Shown here: one piece after another, positions 26,791-35,700 of the stretch
Position numbering within the stretch: the stretch's first letter is position 1
Layout: every line of letters begins with the position of its first letter
From: Candidatus Binataceae bacterium
GTDB lineage: Bacteria; Desulfobacterota; Binatia; Binatales; Binataceae
Direction of reading: 5' to 3'
DNA length: 64,000 bases
Assembly: GCA_035524375.1 (NCBI GenBank)
Contig: DATKOZ010000033.1
Span: 26,842 to 90,841, forward strand
Notes under the pieces: generated by a model
Databases searched by the model: none
Seen by the model: the letters and a program-made list of their open reading frames with translations, nothing else
What the model was told of the DNA's origin: nothing
Translations under genes and position numbers: made by a program

Positions 26791-28686
26791 ATGTCGAGTC
26801 GCAAACGTCTTCTGCTTACGTTGACGATTTTATCGATAATATTTGCGGGCGGCACGATGGCGCCGGCCGATGATTCTCTTAAGGTGACCGGGGCGTTGCC
26901 CACCTCACCGCTGCCCGCGCCGGCCACGTCCGGAACAATTCAGCTCAACGCCCAGCCGATTGCGCCGCAACAGGCTCCGCCGGAAAACCTTTCTCCGTCG
27001 GTGTTGACGGCGCCGTTTGAACAGCGCGATTCGGCGCTCGATCTTCCGGCCATCTTTGGCCACCAATGGTCGTTGACCAAGGAGTCCGCGCCGGAAAGCC
27101 TCATCAGCGAGCGATACTTGCGCTCGCAGGATTCAAATGCCCGCGGAGTTACACTCAAAGAGTCCATCTATATTGCGCTGCGCAACAACCCGGGGCTGCA
27201 GGCGTCGGCGCTGGATCCGATCGCATCGATGGAATCGGTTCGGCAGGCCAACGGCGCATTCGACCCGAACATCACCTCGCAGGGCGACATCATCAAGAAC
27301 GTCCAGCCCACGACCAACATCCTGCAAACCGGCAACCACGTCGAGACGTATACCCAGAAAAACTACGACTGGAATTTCGGCATCAACAAGGTGTCGTCGA
27401 TTACCAACGGCACTTGGGGCGTGACTTTCAACAACGATCGCTCGTTGTCGAACTCGTCGTTCGCCGGCGTGAACCCCTCTTACACTCCTACGCTCGCCCT
27501 GTCGCTTTCGCAGCCGCTGTTGCAGAACTTCGGATGGAAATTCGCAACGATCAATGTTCGCATCGCCGAGTCGGGCCAACGCCAGGCGCAATGGAATTTC
27601 GGCCAGACGTTGCAAGACTTCGTGGAGAGGATCGGCGGCGAATATTGGAACGTCGTGCTCGCCGAGGAAAACCTGGACGTCGCTCGCGCGGCACTGCGCT
27701 TCAATCAGGACCTAGTCCGCCAGAATGCGATTAGCGTGAAGGTTGGAACCCTTGCGCCAATCGACCTGCAGGAGGCGCAATCGGCGGCCGCCACCGCGGA
27801 GGCCAATGTGTTTACCGCCGAGGCCAACCTGAAGAATACGCGCAGCCAGTTGCGCGAGGATGTGATGTTTAATCCTTACGGCACGTTCCTTCCTGCGGAA
27901 CTTGAGCCGATTACGCGGCCGGCTCCGGAGGAGAAAATGACAATGGACGAGAACCGGGCGCTTGAGCTTGCCGTTCAATACCGGCCCTCGCTGGCCGGAA
28001 TGCGCGAGGCGATCCGTGGCGCGCTTATGCAGGAAAAATTCTCCGAAAACCAGGTACTGCCGCAGTTGAACCTCGGCACGCAGTTCGGAATCAATTCAAC
28101 CGCCGGAACGACTCCTTGCCTTAGTACCAGCTCCGCAGTTGGGAATTGCACCCCACTGGGCGGTGGTACGGGCAGCCAGCTTCCTTTCGGTGGAATCTAT
28201 GGCGACGCTCTCAATCGCCTGTGGGGGTTCAGCTTCTACAATTATGCCGCCGTGCTGACCTTCCAGGTGCCGCTGGATAACGCCACCGCCCGCGCCGCGC
28301 TGTCCCAGGCTCGCATCCAGTACGAACAGCAGCGCGCACAATATCGTGCCGCGCTGGCACAGGCGGTCGTTGACGTGCAGAGCGCCCTGTCCAATCTGTA
28401 CGCCGACCAGAAGCGCGCCACCGCGACCGCGCAGGCAACCTACTATGCGCGCCAATCACTGCATGACGAGGAAGTTCGTTTCCGCGTGGGGTTGGCGACA
28501 ACCCACGACCTGCTGCAATTCCAGGAGGAAGAAGTCAGCGCGGAGGGTAACCAGGTGCAGGCTGAGGTCGATTTGGAGAACGCGAAGCTCGCGATGGGCC
28601 ACGCAACCGGCACGCTGTTGCAATCATTTCAGATCGATTTCGACGTGAAGGACCCGCACGACACGCCGTGGTACGCGGCCTTCTAG
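26791..28686 (+). CDS. TolC-like outer-membrane efflux protein (OEP family), unusually long (~630 aa)
   Basis: ATG 26791 (MSSRKRLLLTLTILSIIFAGGTMA signal). OEP repeats recognisable in two halves (LKESIYIALRNNPGLQAS...; VVDVQSALSNLYADQKR...), with long Gln/Ala-rich helical segments. Confidence 0.75.
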   Translation: MSSRKRLLLTLTILSIIFAGGTMAPADDSLKVTGALPTSPLPAPATSGTIQLNAQPIAPQQAPPENLSPSVLTAPFEQRDSALDLPAIFGHQWSLTKESAPESLISERYLRSQDSNARGVTLKESIYIALRNNPGLQASALDPIASMESVRQANGAFDPNITSQGDIIKNVQPTTNILQTGNHVETYTQKNYDWNFGINKVSSITNGTWGVTFNNDRSLSNSSFAGVNPSYTPTLALSLSQPLLQNFGWKFATINVRIAESGQRQAQWNFGQTLQDFVERIGGEYWNVVLAEENLDVARAALRFNQDLVRQNAISVKVGTLAPIDLQEAQSAAATAEANVFTAEANLKNTRSQLREDVMFNPYGTFLPAELEPITRPAPEEKMTMDENRALELAVQYRPSLAGMREAIRGALMQEKFSENQVLPQLNLGTQFGINSTAGTTPCLSTSSAVGNCTPLGGGTGSQLPFGGIYGDALNRLWGFSFYNYAAVLTFQVPLDNATARAALSQARIQYEQQRAQYRAALAQAVVDVQSALSNLYADQKRATATAQATYYARQSLHDEEVRFRVGLATTHDLLQFQEEEVSAEGNQVQAEVDLENAKLAMGHATGTLLQSFQIDFDVKDPHDTPWYAAF

Positions 28687-28693
28687 CCCGGGG

Positions 28694-29104
28694 TCAGTTA
28701 TGTCCCCAAATCGACACGAGGCGGCTCGCGAATCGCCATCCAGCAGGGGTTTTGCGCAACTCATCGGCATAGACGCCCACCGAGGCTTGCTGCACCCGGC
28801 CATCTTTGCAGTGACTGTAGAGAAAATAAGCCGAGCCGGTGGCGGTATCGCCGGTGATTTCGAGCGATATATTCGCGACCACGTGCAGTGATCGCGCGCC
28901 CCCCAGCGATTCCTGGTACTGCGAGCAAAAATGGCGCAATCCGGCTTGACCGGCGCAGCGTCCGAATCGCGGGCTTTCAAAGACGCCATCCTCTGTGAAA
29001 CACGCGCGCCAATCGTCGTATCGCGCCTGGTCGATCGCCAGGCAATATCGTGCATACAGCTCCCGTATCTCTTCGCGATCCTCAACGGTTCCACTAAATC
29101 GCAT
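28694..29104 (-). CDS. SnoaL-like / NTF2-fold protein
   Basis: Start MRFSGTVEDREEIRELYARYCLAIDQARYDDWRACFTEDGVFESP, typical of SnoaL_4 / DUF4440 NTF2-like proteins. The ORF is trimmed from the track start at 29149. Confidence 0.55.
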   Translation of the reverse strand: MRFSGTVEDREEIRELYARYCLAIDQARYDDWRACFTEDGVFESPRFGRCAGQAGLRHFCSQYQESLGGARSLHVVANISLEITGDTATGSAYFLYSHCKDGRVQQASVGVYADELRKTPAGWRFASRLVSIWGHN

Positions 29105-29206
29105 CGGCCAACCCTCTCTTAGTTTCTTCGACTGCCCGCAATATACCACAGGCTTGGTCGAATCCGGTGGGCTTGAGTTTCACTGCGATGGCATCGACAA
29201 TTTGAT

Positions 29207-29941
29207 GTGGCAATCCTCGTTCCGCTCCTCAATTTTCTCTACCCGCCGCGATGCGCCGCATGCGATGCGCCGCTTGCCGCGGACACGGCCGCCCGGGTGT
29301 GCTCCAATTGCCTCGCTCGGCTTGAGCCATTACCGGAACATCGATGCGAAATCTGTTCCGGATCGCTCGATTCCGCAACCGGGGATGCTCCGCGATGCTC
29401 CCGATGTATGACGATGCGGCCGCACTTTGGTGCCGCGTATGCAATCGCACGCTACCGGCCATCGGCGGAGGACGAGCCGGGCAGCCTGCCTCGGCTTATC
29501 CGGCGGCATAAGTATGGGCTCGATCAAGCGGCGGGACGGGCACTGATTGAGTTTCTCGGCGCGGGATTACCGCTCTCAGCAGACGCCTACGACATCGTGA
29601 TTCCGGTTCCTCTCCATTGGCGGCGGCTGTGGTGGCGGGGCTTTAATCAGGCGGCTCTTCTCGGCGAAGAAATTGCGGCGCGATTGGGCCGCCCGCTCGA
29701 TGCAACCGTGATGGCGCGAAAGCGATACACTTCGCCGCAGACCTCACGCCATCACGATGAACGTGTCCGCAACGTCAGGAGCGCTTTTGTCGTTAAGCGG
29801 CGCGATCGCATCAAGGGGCGGCGAGTGCTTCTGGTAGATGACGTAATGACCACGGGAGCCACCGTCAATGAATGCGCACGTGCTATTCTCGCCGCCGGCG
29901 CGGTCCGGGTTGACGTCTTTACTCTCGCAAGGATGCTATGA
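29207..29941 (+). CDS. comF: ComF-family protein (amidophosphoribosyltransferase-like, N-terminal Cys4 finger)
   Basis: PRCAACDAPL...CSNC...CEIC...CSRC zinc-finger region plus the PRTase motif VLLVDDVMTTGATVNECA. Confidence 0.8.
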   Translation: MAILVPLLNFLYPPRCAACDAPLAADTAARVCSNCLARLEPLPEHRCEICSGSLDSATGDAPRCSRCMTMRPHFGAAYAIARYRPSAEDEPGSLPRLIRRHKYGLDQAAGRALIEFLGAGLPLSADAYDIVIPVPLHWRRLWWRGFNQAALLGEEIAARLGRPLDATVMARKRYTSPQTSRHHDERVRNVRSAFVVKRRDRIKGRRVLLVDDVMTTGATVNECARAILAAGAVRVDVFTLARML

Positions 29942-29971
29942 ATATGGGTGCGCTGTACAGGTGAACTATCG

Positions 29972-30643
29972 ATGGCGGACCGTCCTCCAGTCAAACTCGG
30001 CATCCTGATCTCAGGCTCTGGAACAAATCTGCAGGCGATTATCGACGCAATCGCTTGTGGCGACCTTAAGGCGGAGATCGGGCTGGTGATATCCAATCGC
30101 CCCGATGCATTCGGATTGGAGCGGGCGCGGCGCAATGGAATCCAAGCCCTGACCATCGAGCATCGAAAGTTTGCCTCGCGCGAGGATTTCGACCGCGCAG
30201 TGGCAGAAGCATTGCGCGAGCGCGGCGTCGAGTTGGTGGCTTGCGCCGGCTTCATGCGGCTGCTGTCGCCAGCGATGCTGGATGCGTTTCCCGATCGGAT
30301 CATGAACATACATCCCGGGCTGTTGCCTTCATTCCCAGGCACGCATGCGCAGAAGGACGCCTTCGAAAGCGGCGTCCGCATAGCAGGATGCACGGTATTT
30401 TTCGTTGCACCGGGTGTGGACGACGGCCCCATTATCATTCAGGCGGCGGTGCCGGTCATGCCCGACGACGATGAGGAGCGGCTAGCGGCACGCATCCTGG
30501 AGCAGGAGCATCGGATTTACCCATACGCGATTCGCCTCTATCAGGAAGGGCGTCTGGAGATTCAGGGACGGAAGGTAATCATCAAAGGCGATGCGCCCGG
30601 GTCAACGTCGGCGCCGCTGGTCAATCCGCCGGTTATTAAATGA
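29972..30643 (+). CDS. purN: Phosphoribosylglycinamide formyltransferase
   Basis: KLGILISGSGTNLQAIIDA, the formyl-transferase core NIHPGLLPSFPGTHA, and DDGPIIIQAAVPV. Confidence 0.85.
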   Translation: MADRPPVKLGILISGSGTNLQAIIDAIACGDLKAEIGLVISNRPDAFGLERARRNGIQALTIEHRKFASREDFDRAVAEALRERGVELVACAGFMRLLSPAMLDAFPDRIMNIHPGLLPSFPGTHAQKDAFESGVRIAGCTVFFVAPGVDDGPIIIQAAVPVMPDDDEERLAARILEQEHRIYPYAIRLYQEGRLEIQGRKVIIKGDAPGSTSAPLVNPPVIK

Positions 30644-30707
30644 TCAGGCCCTGACCCTACTGGACTCGGCAGTGCCGCGGTTGGAAGATAATTTTAGGAG
30701 ATGATCC

Positions 30708-30977
30708 GTGGCGAGAGTAGAAATCTATACCACCACCTACTGCCCATTCTGCACGCGAGCAAAGAGTTTGCTCAAGAGCAAGGGCGTCGGCTTCGATGAA
30801 ATAGACGTTACCGATGACGATGCATTGCGCGCGAAAATGGTCGAGCTTGCGGGCGGTCGCCGCACCGTCCCGGAAATCTTTGTAAACGGCAAACTGATCG
30901 GCGGCTTCGACGAACTCAAACGGCTTGACGATCAAGGGCTGCTCGACGGCATCCTCGCAGAGCCAGCTCCAGCTTAA
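30708..30977 (+). CDS. grxC: Glutaredoxin (Grx3-type)
   Basis: 89 aa. VEIYTTTYCPFCTRAKSLL active site; TVPEIFVNGKLIGGFDEL. Confidence 0.85.
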   Translation: MARVEIYTTTYCPFCTRAKSLLKSKGVGFDEIDVTDDDALRAKMVELAGGRRTVPEIFVNGKLIGGFDELKRLDDQGLLDGILAEPAPA

Positions 30978-31009
30978 TCGAGCCGGGGGCGCCGAATCAT
31001 CCAAAAGAA

Positions 31010-31041
31010 GCGGGCGCCTCCCGATTCGGAGAGGCGCCCGC
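31010..31041. terminator. Bidirectional GC hairpin (11-bp perfect stem GCGGGCGCCTC / GAGGCGCCCGC) between convergent grxC and the lipoprotein gene
   Basis: Read directly from the sequence. Confidence 0.5.
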
Positions 31042-31058
31042 AATACCGTCCGTTCGGA

Positions 31059-31505
31059 TTACTGGTTGTCGTTGGGCGACGCTACCATCCCTTCGTTCAT
31101 TCCATGCAACGCTGCGCGATCGACAGACGATTCATACTGGATGGCTTCAGCCGTCACGGTGATCTGGGACCCGTCAGCCGAGGTGTCGTGGTTCATCTTT
31201 ACGATCGCATCGATGGTATCAGGCCACTTGGCCAGCGCCATCTTCTTGAGCTTGTCCTTGATGTAGTCTTCTTCGATCGCATCAGGCGAGAACGGCTCGG
31301 TATATTTCAATTCGCCAAGCACAGTGTAAGGCTTGCCCGGCGGCGGTGTATCGGTGGTCACCCAAATGTGCGCCATGTCGACGTGCTGCGCGAACTCCTG
31401 CTGCTTCTGTTCGTGTTCCTGGCGCTCCGCCTCAATTGCGGAACAGCCCGAAATTCCGATCGCAAGCCCAATCGCGATAACCGGAAGAATTCTGAATGAA
31501 CGCAT
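31059..31505 (-). CDS. Hypothetical lipoprotein
   Basis: MRSFRILPVIAIGLAIGISGC lipobox signal, charged helical N-terminal region. Trimmed from the track ORF start at 31541. Confidence 0.55.
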   Translation of the reverse strand: MRSFRILPVIAIGLAIGISGCSAIEAERQEHEQKQQEFAQHVDMAHIWVTTDTPPPGKPYTVLGELKYTEPFSPDAIEEDYIKDKLKKMALAKWPDTIDAIVKMNHDTSADGSQITVTAEAIQYESSVDRAALHGMNEGMVASPNDNQ

Positions 31506-31628
31506 ATGTCTCCTTCCAATCTCCCCCGTTGTGTTTGACACAATTATAACTAAATCAGTCTCGATGTCTAACTGTCCAGCCGTTCGACGGGACTGTCAGG
31601 CCGATGCCTCGATCGGTAAGATTTCGCC

Positions 31629-32465
31629 GTGACCAGATTTGCGGCCTGCTTCCTATTGGTGTTCGGCGAGCTCGCGCTCGGCGGAATGTTCGCGCTCGCA
31701 ATTCCGCCCTTCTTCAAGGTCGAGCGAGGTTTTTATAAATCGAGCGCGTCGGTTTATCTCGTAGCCGGGCTTGTGACAGCGATCGGGTTGGCTTTTCTGG
31801 CCATTCGGGGCGGAGCCTCCGAAGGCCCGAGTGCGGCCGCGCTCTGGACGGCAGCGGGATTTTGGACGCTCTTTTCCGCCGTCTTTGCGACATACCTTTA
31901 CACGCTGTGGTTCGACAATGGATGGCTGCGGGCGCGGTCGTTTACTCTAGGCTTGGGCATGGGAATCATGGCACTGGCGTTCAATGCGATTATCCTGACG
32001 CCGGCAGGATTCGGCATTGCCGCTGATGTCGGAGCCGTACTTACGGCCCTCACTTCCGGCTTGGTACTGGGCCTGACCAGCGGCGCGATGCTGTTTGGCC
32101 ATTGGTACCTGATCGACTTGGAGATGCCGGTCGACTATCTGCGCACTTTTATGAGGGTATTGGTAGGTGCGATCATCGCAAACATTGGCGCTACACTCGT
32201 CTCGGTGGTGCTCCTGTGGCTGGCCGGAGGAACCATGGGCGCAGGTGCAGTTGGATCGCTGTTAGGCCCCAATCTTATGCTCGGTACGATGTGGTTTGCA
32301 TTAGGGCCGGCGGCAACAATCGTACTAGTGTGGATGTGCTGGCAGACGCTCAAAATCCCGCAGACGATGGCAGCGACCGGATTACTTTATATTGCGGTAA
32401 TGTCAGTATTAGTTGGAGAAATGCTAAGCCGGTTCATCCTTTTTCGCACCTCTGTCCCCCTTTGA
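31629..32465 (+). CDS. Polytopic integral membrane protein (7-8 TM), unknown function
   Basis: 278 aa, almost entirely hydrophobic helices separated by short loops. Confidence 0.55.
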   Translation: MTRFAACFLLVFGELALGGMFALAIPPFFKVERGFYKSSASVYLVAGLVTAIGLAFLAIRGGASEGPSAAALWTAAGFWTLFSAVFATYLYTLWFDNGWLRARSFTLGLGMGIMALAFNAIILTPAGFGIAADVGAVLTALTSGLVLGLTSGAMLFGHWYLIDLEMPVDYLRTFMRVLVGAIIANIGATLVSVVLLWLAGGTMGAGAVGSLLGPNLMLGTMWFALGPAATIVLVWMCWQTLKIPQTMAATGLLYIAVMSVLVGEMLSRFILFRTSVPL

Positions 32466-32573
32466 TCCCATTGGTATCGCATTTGTAGAAAATTCCCATG
32501 AACTTGGCGATGCCCTAATGACTCAATTAGGCAAACTATTCATCTCTTTAAGAATTATAGTTTTTTTGAGAGT

Positions 32574-32602
32574 TTGACCCATGATTTTTGCTCTGCTAGC
32601 AT
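32574..32602 (+). promoter_or_regulatory. Candidate promoter in the AT-rich 245-bp gap upstream of the giant surface-protein gene (TTGACC, 17-nt spacer, TAGCAT)
   Basis: This is the only markedly AT-rich stretch in the neighbourhood. The hexamers lie about 130 nt upstream of ATG 32734. Confidence 0.3.
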
Positions 32603-32733
32603 TTAGCCGTTCTTAGCTCACCCCTTTCCCCTTCTGAGACCATACCTTCGGGGGGCTTGGACGCGCGAGCGGCGCGATTGAACGGCCGTGCTGGGAGACC
32701 TCGTGCAAATTGCCGTCGATGAAGGTTGATGTG

Positions 32734-35700
32734 ATGAAGAGTACTGAAGGACGGGTCCGGCTTGGAACGATCGCGATCTTTAGCGCGGTCGCAATGGTCA
32801 TATTTGCTACCGCGATTCTGACTACACCGCGCGCCCAGCAGAATGCAGTCGCGGCCGCGTCAGCAACCCCTAGTTTGCCTTTTAGACCGTTTCTGCCGCC
32901 CGCAATCGCTCCCGACGGGTCAGCCCGAGTCACAACTAGCACAACCGCCAGCGCCAATATCGTATTAAATTTTCCAACTTCCGTGACTGCGGGCGATATT
33001 TGTGTCGCGGGTATCAATTTCAGTTCGTCCAGCGGTGCCGGCAACACCCGCACGGTGAATACTGTTCCTACTGGATGGACTCTGGTCCGGACCGATACCG
33101 CCACCGGTACGAATAATGGCACCAATGCCAACCAGCAGGGCTTCATTTACTGGTATAAGAACGGCGGCGCGAGCGGGACCGAGGGAGGCACAACGGCCAC
33201 TTGGGTATTGAATGCGAATTACGCCGATTTGGTCGGATGGATCCAATGCTTCAAAGGAGTCGATGCCAACGTGCCGATCGATTCGCTGAATCCAACCGGA
33301 AGCGGCGTCAACGGCGGCAGCGCCAACGTCGGAACTGTCACCGTTCCAGCGCTGGGTACGCTAAACCGCGCCGGTGACACCGTTATCCTGAACTGCTCGA
33401 TCGCCAACGGAGCCGGCACATACACAAGCCCGGCGATTCCGGTAGGTGTGTTTACGACGCAGAGCGTCGGCACGGCCGGAGCCGGAATCGTAGCGGGTAC
33501 GCACGCTGACGCCGCCGCATATACGGGAGTTGATGCGACCACGACCGCTCCCGCCGCACAGGCGTGCACCAACAATGGCACCAACGGCAGAATGGTCGGC
33601 GAACAGATCGCCCTGCAGCCGTCGGTTACGCCCGGAGCTTGCACTGCGCTCAACTACGGCGACTTCAGTTCCACCTCGGGGCTAACCTTGCTCGGCAGCA
33701 CGATCCAGAACGGCAATGCGCTGGAGTTGACGCCGGCCAGCGGCAACCAGCTAGGGGCACTATGGGGCTCCAGTCAAATCGATGTTGCGGACGGATTTAT
33801 CGCGAGTTTCGCATTTTCACTCACTAATCCCTCGACCCCTCCGGCCGACGGCATCACTTTCACGATTCAGAACGAGGCTCTGACCGCGATCGGCGATACT
33901 TTGGCCGGCGGCGGCGGCATCGGTTATAACGATATAACCGACGCACTCACCGTCGAGTTCGATGTATTCAATAACGGCGTGGGCGGAACTTGCCCCACTT
34001 GCTATAACGACCCCAACGCAAATCACATCGCAGTACAAAGTTGCGGCACCGCCGCCAACGGGCCAAACCCGGCCTGCCAACTGGGCATTCAGGCGACGCT
34101 GCCCAATACGATGTCGGACGGCGCCGTGCATACCGCCACGATCGTATACGATCCGGGCACGTTGGAAATCTATTATGACAACGGCGCAACGCCGGTACTT
34201 CAGGTGCCGGTTGATTTGGCAACCCTCCTGAGTTTGACCGGTGGCAACTCGGCGTGGGTTGGATTCACTTCTTCGACCGGTGGGTCGTTTGAACAGACCA
34301 ATCTGTTCAATTTCTTTGCTGCCCAGGGACAGGAATGCGCCACTCCGACTCCGACGGCAACTTCGACTACAACGTTGACACCGTCGATTACACGGACTCC
34401 AACCACTACAGCGACGGCTTCTGCAACACGGACGCCGACCGCGACAATCACCCGGACGCCGACGGCTACCGTTTCGCCAACGACCACGGCAACCAGGACC
34501 GCGACGCTTTCTCCGACTTCCACAGTCACCGCCACATCGACGCTTACGCGGACAGCCACATCAACGGCTACTGCGACTTCGACCGCTACAGTGACCGCAA
34601 CTCTATCGCCGACCATTACTACTACGGCGACAATTTCGCCGACCTCAAGTATCACCGCGACTTCGACCACGACCGCGACGCCAACAGCCACTTCAACATC
34701 GACGCCGCTGGTAAACATTTCGGTTACGCCGACGCCCGTCGCTTTCCCAACGGTAACGATTGGCACTCCGCAGTCTCAGTTCGTTGTCATTACGAATTCC
34801 GATCCTACGAATCCGCTTGTCTTTAGTTCTTTCAATACGACTGACACGACCGCGACCGGAAGTACGCCAAACGAATGGAGCGTGACCGGAGCCGTCGATG
34901 GCGCCATCCCGGCATGTGTTGCGGGAACACCTGTGCCGCCGGGAACTTCCTGCGCTCTGCAGGTTACGCTGTCTCCAAACGCAGCCAACGGAGATGACGT
35001 CACGGTTACCGGTAATCTGACGCTGAACGGCAACATCTCGCCGGGCGGCTCAACCACAATTTCGCTGCATGGGACTGGGCAATGGGCCAACGTCAGCGCG
35101 ACCGCCTCGCCCACGCCGCTCGCGTTCGGAACGGTTCAGGTTGGGACTCCTCAGACTAAGACTTTGACCATCACCAACACCGACGCCACCAATCCGCTCT
35201 ACATCACCTCGCTGGGCGCATCCGACACCACTGCCGGCTACTCTGGCCCCGATGAGTTCTCAATTGTCGGTGGAACTTGCAGTGCGGCGACCGATGGGTC
35301 CAATCCGGTGGCTCCGGGCGGCTCATGCACAGTAGTCGTGCAGCTAGCACCGAATGCCGCCAACGGCGACGGGGTGGGCGTCACAGGCCAACTAGCGGTG
35401 AATGGCAACCTGACGGGCGGACCGTTGGATGTCTCAATGACGGGAACCGGCCAGTGGCCTTCAGTCGCCGCGACCGCCTCGCCTACACCGATCGCATTCG
35501 GAACTGTGCAGGTTGGGACTCCGCAGACTAAGACCCTGACCATCACGAATACCGACGCAACCAATCCGCTCTACATCACATCGCTGGGAGCATCGGATAC
35601 GACCGCCGGCTACACCGGTCCCAATGAATTTTCGATCGTGGGCGGTACCTGCACGGCGGCAACCAACGGTTCCAATCCGGTACCTCCGGGCGGCTCGTGC

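Noticed and set aside
34200-34766. 188-aa Val-rich minus-strand ORF inside the giant gene
   Set aside because: It is the antisense of the ACN-rich Thr-linker coding region. The plus strand forms one uninterrupted 1567-codon frame with recognisable domains.
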